Origin: an uncultured Poribacteria bacterium
GTDB taxonomy: Bacteria; Poribacteria; WGA-4E; WGA-3G
Assembly: GCA_958296135.2 (NCBI GenBank)
Contig: CATQHZ020000001.1
Coordinates: 4,864,001 to 4,928,000 of the forward strand
Length of the DNA: 64,000 bases
Reading direction: 5' to 3'
Every line of letters starts with the position of its first letter. Position 1 is the first letter of the stretch. Under the pieces are notes generated by a model that saw nothing but the letters and a program-made list of their open reading frames with translations, did no database searches and was not told the origin of the DNA. Position numbers and translations under genes: made by a program. Shown one piece after another: positions 59,358-64,000 of the stretch.

Positions 59358-60161
59358 TTATTGCTTCAGCCGGTCAATTTGTTCCTCCACGTCTTTCCTC
59401 ACATCTGACGAAGATGTGGTTGCGAGTATCTCCTCCAATTTCGGCAGGAGGATGTATTCGACGATGCCATCTAATTCCTCCCGGTGCCGCTTCCCGATAT
59501 TGGCTAAGAAACCCGAGGCTGTAATGAAGCCCAAAAAAGCCTCTCCCTCTCTGGGGGGCTCTTCCTCCAGGTAGGGGAGGAGATAGGGGATGGCGAGCGG
59601 CCCCATGGCGGAGACTGCGGGGCCCAGAGGTGCGTACGCCATGTCACTCCAACAGAGGTAAGCGACGAGGGTTTCGATGGCTCTCGGATCTCGGAGGCGG
59701 ATGAGATCGTCCAGCGGTAGGAGGATTTCTTCTGCGTGTCCGTCATCCTCGATTCCATCGGGTCTCGGCATGAGTTGCGCGATGAGCCCTGGGGTTCGGG
59801 GGTCTGCGGTGCCGCCCCAGGCGAAGGGGTTTTCAGCGAGGGAGTCAACTTTTGCCCAGGCCTTAGCGACAGGGTCGTCTGCATCAAGTTCGTCGAGGTT
59901 GCCGGGTTTGGCGGCTTCGTGCGGCTGGGTGTTCGGTGGTTTCCAGTCAACGCTGGGTATGAGTTCGGTCTCGCCGGTGTCGTCATGTGCATCGTCGGCG
60001 TGCCATTCACCGTCGTGCCAGTGGCCGCCGGGTTGTTCGTCGGCGGGTGGTGGCACGGGGAGTGCTGCGTCAAAGTGCTGCTTCTGCCATTCGGCGTAGA
60101 AGTAGATGGCGAGGCAGAGCGCGAGCAGGATACATAAGCTGCTGATGATTTTGGTTTTCAT
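59358..60161 (-). CDS. Membrane-anchored hypothetical protein, paralog B
   Basis: N-terminal TM, GGHWHDGEWHAD motif; similar to 54337-55173. Confidence 0.8.
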   Translation of the reverse strand: MKTKIISSLCILLALCLAIYFYAEWQKQHFDAALPVPPPADEQPGGHWHDGEWHADDAHDDTGETELIPSVDWKPPNTQPHEAAKPGNLDELDADDPVAKAWAKVDSLAENPFAWGGTADPRTPGLIAQLMPRPDGIEDDGHAEEILLPLDDLIRLRDPRAIETLVAYLCWSDMAYAPLGPAVSAMGPLAIPYLLPYLEEEPPREGEAFLGFITASGFLANIGKRHREELDGIVEYILLPKLEEILATTSSSDVRKDVEEQIDRLKQ

Positions 60162-60511
60162 TTCGGTTCTCCTTTGGAAACGTTTTATAGCAATCAAGTA
60201 TTGAGACGCAGGAGGGCTCTCCTACCGAACGCATCGAGACGCGGGAGGGCGCGCCTACAAAGCATCGAGACCAGGAGGTCTCTCCTACGGGGAGTCGAGA
60301 CTGGGCAGTGGTTGTTTCATCGCCCCGGTTGCGGGGAGATGAAGAGGTGTTGTTCGGTGAGCCCTAACGTGATGCGCCGGTCGTCTTTTTCGATATTCAA
60401 ACATTGCTAAAGATGTTCTTTGTTTTAGTCAGTCAGTCAGTCAGTCGGGGCCCCACGAGGGCAGGCTCTCGCGCTACGGACTCAGGGACGGTAGAAAAGG
60501 CAATAGCGTCT

Positions 60512-61711
60512 TCAATACTTCCCCCGAAACGTCACACTCATAACATGATGACGATAGTTGAGGAAATCCAGGACCGGGTCTGCCTCATTTGTGCGGTTTT
60601 GCGTGAACTGATATTCGGCGTTCAACGTGAGATATGAAAAGAATTGCCAATTCGCTTGTGCCAGCACGCCGAATTGTGTATCGCTGCGGTTCGGTGCGTT
60701 TTCTGGGCTCAGCCCTGTCTCATCCCGAATCTGTCTACCTTCAAAGCGCACCCACAGCCGAGAAAGCCGCAACCGAAACCATCGCGCGGTATCCACTCGA
60801 TAAAACGCGCTTAGGGCGGCTTCGGCACTGGCGAAATTGAAGAAGTTGACGTTGGAACGGTTGAGAAAGAGGTTGAATTCTTCCTGAAAAACGAGGTGCT
60901 CTGCTGCTACTTGTAGCACTTTTGCTGAACCGAAATGTCGCCAATCGCGTCGGCGTTCGTCGTCTGCAAGTCCGGTGACACCTAAAATAAGGTTATTCAA
61001 GTTAGTCTGGTAACTTCCGTATTCAAGTCCGTATTCGGTTTTGGCAAGCATCTGTCTTGGCAGGCTAAATTGCAGTCGGGCGGTGGCTTTGTGCCTGTTT
61101 GAGCCGATGAGGAGAAAGTCTTCTCGGAGGGAACTTTCATCGTCAAATCGGTGGATGCGCAGTTGATATTCTAGCACGCGCCCAAAGCGGATGCCGAGCT
61201 GCCGTTCGGTGTTGTTATAGACATCGGATGTGCGCGCGAGGCGTTGAAACTGATGCGAGGCGACGATGGGCGGCAATCCTTCCGCCGGGCGGAAGCTGAG
61301 CTCGGTTAAGAACGTGTCGGTGAACGCGTCGAATTCGTTGAGTTTTCCTTCGGCCCCGGTGTAGTTCTCTATCTGCGGCGCGTATTGCAGGTTGAGCCGA
61401 AACCTGTGGGCGATGGGCAATTCGCCGCGGAAGTTCATGCCGATGCGGCTGATGAGCCCTTCCAACTGCGGATTCTCTTGTCCGGCGAGGCTGCTGGTGT
61501 AAGGATCGACGCTCAAACCGAGTTCAATGTGATTGTTGAACGTGTTGGAGAGGTGGTAATCTATCGTGAGTTTTGCGGCATCCGATTCGGGAGCTTCCTG
61601 TTTTTTGGGGAGGAGGCTTTGGCCGAATTCGGGTTGGAATTGTGCGCGTGCCAAGAGGGGCGCGCCTATGATGAGCATGCATAGAGAAAAAAAGCGTGAT
61701 ATTTTTTTCAT
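60512..61711 (-). CDS. Putative outer-membrane beta-barrel protein
   Basis: Signal peptide, alternating beta strands, C-terminal aromatic residue; ATG overlaps upstream stop. Confidence 0.7.
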   Translation of the reverse strand: MKKISRFFSLCMLIIGAPLLARAQFQPEFGQSLLPKKQEAPESDAAKLTIDYHLSNTFNNHIELGLSVDPYTSSLAGQENPQLEGLISRIGMNFRGELPIAHRFRLNLQYAPQIENYTGAEGKLNEFDAFTDTFLTELSFRPAEGLPPIVASHQFQRLARTSDVYNNTERQLGIRFGRVLEYQLRIHRFDDESSLREDFLLIGSNRHKATARLQFSLPRQMLAKTEYGLEYGSYQTNLNNLILGVTGLADDERRRDWRHFGSAKVLQVAAEHLVFQEEFNLFLNRSNVNFFNFASAEAALSAFYRVDTARWFRLRLSRLWVRFEGRQIRDETGLSPENAPNRSDTQFGVLAQANWQFFSYLTLNAEYQFTQNRTNEADPVLDFLNYRHHVMSVTFRGKY

Positions 61712-63528
61712 CGGTTTCCTCTGAATAATTTCAATTTTCCTTCCGAGGCGATGAGCGTATAGCAGGCCTCGATTTCCGATGCGATTTTCGATGCGATTGG
61801 GGCATCGCGAGGGAGAAACTCTCGCTCTACGGGGGCGGCAGTTGGTTCGTTTGGGGTGCCCCAAAGTAGCAAATAGTCGACGTTGTCAGCATACGCGCAC
61901 AAATCGATCTTTTCGGGCTGCCAATGGACGATTTGTACCCACTCCTTCTCTTGGATGGGTGTCTCAAAATCGGCGTTGAAGCGGACCGGAAAATAGTCAA
62001 ACTGCACTTCGTAGTTGCCGAGGTTAATGCCCCCGTTGTCAAGGCAGTAGTAGTTCGCGGCGTTGACGAAGATGCCGACTTTGAGGGAACTCCCCCTCGG
62101 CTCAAAATGGAGCGGCAAGATAACTTTGTTTTTCTCTATCTTCCCAACAAAGGCGTTGAATTCGCGCAATTCGGCGTTGAGATTTTTGCAAAGCACCCCG
62201 ATGTAAAGCACGTTTATCACGGCGAGCAATGTTACGATGCCGGTAAAAACCTGCCGCCACCGCGGTTTATCGCTTTCACGAAACCAAGCGAATAGCGTGA
62301 GTGTGGCGAGAATGGCGAGTCTATCGTTTACCCAGCCGCCTGGCCCGATGGAGTTCGGCAAGATTAGATACAACCCGAAAAGCACGCCGGATAGGATGAG
62401 GAAGGCACGGGGTGCATTCATACCGTAGCGCGAGGGCCTGTCCCTCGCGAACCCCCGGTCTCCAACAGACTCGTCCGGCACCCCGTAGCGCGAGGGCCTG
62501 TCCCTCGCGAACCCCCGGTCTTCATGAAAATCTTCGGCATGGCGAGGGGAACCCTCGGCGATTCGCGCTCGCCGGCCCCTCGTCCTACGGGGCCGGGAGG
62601 TTCTTCTATTTTGCCAAAGTGTCCACACGGCAAGAAAAATTAGGAGCGCGGAGACGGCGTAGGAAATCAGTGCCTGCGCTTCGTTGAAGGCGATTAGGAC
62701 TTTCAAACCGAGGAGGTTATCTAGTAGTTCGCCGAGGCGATTCAGTCCGAATTCTGGGGGCTCCCCTGCCACCAGATCAGATGTGGGGAGATAGACGAGC
62801 AACAGCAGTGCGGCGGGGAGAATAGAGAGCCCTGTCCGGAAGATTTGCGGCAGGTTCCGCTTGAAATGGAGCACGGACAGCAGCGCGATGGCGAATAAGA
62901 GGAACGCGTAAGAAATGAGATGCGCGAAATAGGTGATGACGATGAGCAGGTTCAACAGCACGGCGCGCTTCAGACTTATCGCATCCCGATGTCGATACCA
63001 ATACCCGAGCGTCAGGAAGAAGAGCGGCACACTCACGGCGAAATTATAGAATCCCATCAACAGGAGGTAGTTGTAGATAAAGGTGAAACTGAGGATGACG
63101 AGCGACTGTCGGCCCGGCTCTTTTGTAAGGGGGTTCGATTGGCCGAACTTGGCACTAACATTCTGCAGCGTATCTCGTCGGAGGGTTTCTGGCTTATACC
63201 TGTGTGCGGCGTTCAGAAAATAACGCATCGCCAGCGGGAATAGGATGACGTAGAGGCTCAGAAACACCTTCTCTGCGATGAGCGGCGGGAAGACGAACAT
63301 CAGCATCGCCAATGCGAAATGCGAGAGCCAGTTCGGGAAAGGATACCAATTGATTTCGTAATAGGCGCGGAATTCGTAGTCGGGGTTGCGGTATTCGGTT
63401 AAAATCTGCGAGTTATAGACATGGCTCACGCCGTCTTGCGTTGGAAAATAGGGGAACAGCCATATCGGTAGCAGGTAGGCGATAATGAGCGCGCCCAGTA
63501 GCAGTGTGGATTTTGAGAAGAATGCCAT
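61708..63528 (-). CDS. Polytopic membrane protein (GT-C glycosyltransferase-like) with REP-derived insertions
   Basis: PTQDGVSH, PNWL, MGFYNF, many TM helices. Confidence 0.75.
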   Translation of the reverse strand: MAFFSKSTLLLGALIIAYLLPIWLFPYFPTQDGVSHVYNSQILTEYRNPDYEFRAYYEINWYPFPNWLSHFALAMLMFVFPPLIAEKVFLSLYVILFPLAMRYFLNAAHRYKPETLRRDTLQNVSAKFGQSNPLTKEPGRQSLVILSFTFIYNYLLLMGFYNFAVSVPLFFLTLGYWYRHRDAISLKRAVLLNLLIVITYFAHLISYAFLLFAIALLSVLHFKRNLPQIFRTGLSILPAALLLLVYLPTSDLVAGEPPEFGLNRLGELLDNLLGLKVLIAFNEAQALISYAVSALLIFLAVWTLWQNRRTSRPRRTRGRRARIAEGSPRHAEDFHEDRGFARDRPSRYGVPDESVGDRGFARDRPSRYGMNAPRAFLILSGVLFGLYLILPNSIGPGGWVNDRLAILATLTLFAWFRESDKPRWRQVFTGIVTLLAVINVLYIGVLCKNLNAELREFNAFVGKIEKNKVILPLHFEPRGSSLKVGIFVNAANYYCLDNGGINLGNYEVQFDYFPVRFNADFETPIQEKEWVQIVHWQPEKIDLCAYADNVDYLLLWGTPNEPTAAPVEREFLPRDAPIASKIASEIEACYTLIASEGKLKLFRGNR

Positions 63529-63550
63529 GGTGAGTCCTCTAAAATATGTC

Positions 63551-64000
63551 TCACGCGGTTTGTTCTACCATGCTGGCGAGGATGCCGAGGATTTTGTCGC
63601 ACTGCGAGATTTGGTAGGCGTTCATGTCAATATGGAGTTGCTGTCCTTCCAATTTGAGGAACAGCCAATCTAGTCCTGACGTGATGCCCCCATAAACGCA
63701 AGGAATGTCATTCCCCTCTTCCGCGTTGAAGCGTTGCGCCGCCACCATCTCGGCAACACACTGCCCGAGTCCGGCTTCTAGGTTATCGTTTTTTGCCGCA
63801 ACCAGGACGATGACAGGTGCCTCTAAGGAAAATTGCAGCGGCGACAGACTTATCAAAAAATCGCAAACACCCATTAAGCCGTTATCTTTATCTACGTTGA
63901 AGTTGATGCCCGAAAAAAGACTGACGCGCCGGTTGAAGTGTTCGCGAAGTTCAACGAGCAGATCGGCGACAATCAGTTCGGATTTCGCCTTCTCTGTGCC
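63551..64000 (-). CDS. PD-(D/E)xK-like hypothetical protein, C-terminal part (starts beyond window)
   Basis: Open to window end: EKAKSELIV...GVCDFLIS...LVAAK...GLGQCVAEMVAAQ. Confidence 0.75.
   Translation of the reverse strand, partial: GTEKAKSELIVADLLVELREHFNRRVSLFSGINFNVDKDNGLMGVCDFLISLSPLQFSLEAPVIVLVAAKNDNLEAGLGQCVAEMVAAQRFNAEEGNDIPCVYGGITSGLDWLFLKLEGQQLHIDMNAYQISQCDKILGILASMVEQTA

Noticed and set aside
1-64000. Genome-wide UGA reassignment (code 4 or 25)
   Set aside because: Conserved genes such as the DsrE protein and rnpA end at TGA at their expected lengths, and long genes lack internal TGA

Overview
A 64-kb GC-rich chromosomal window from a diderm bacterium, most likely Candidatus Poribacteria (inferred from the FlgD-Ig-type C-terminal 'NYPNPFNPETWIPYQL' domain, DUF6785-type membrane protein, AAA/PD-(D/E)xK fusion and solitary MTase-REase). 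It carries housekeeping genes (murQ, rnpA-yidD-yidC-jag-mnmE, pdxJ, gdhA, glnE, E1-alpha) mixed with accessory modules and many GTAG-type REP-like palindromes. I found no rRNA, tRNA, CRISPR array or transposase. Main highlights: (1) a putative metal/redox envelope operon (18753-24193) with a Cys-rich leader ending in the RGPP arrest motif, a His-rich protein, an outer-membrane barrel whose ORF is only complete if two UGA codons are read through (U-G-A-U, probable double selenocysteine), a FMN-bind/cytochrome-like protein that has lost both cofactor motifs, and a cytochrome c-porin fusion; (2) a second UGA-interrupted gene, a secreted thioredoxin-TPR protein with a UxxC site and SECIS-like hairpin, whose locus shares an upstream motif with that operon; (3) REP palindromes translated in frame inside several proteins, including RnpA and MnmE; (4) a Nal1-like protease module with two stand-alone prodomain-like copies and an orphan emfourin. 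All family assignments come from motif recognition by eye, without database searches.
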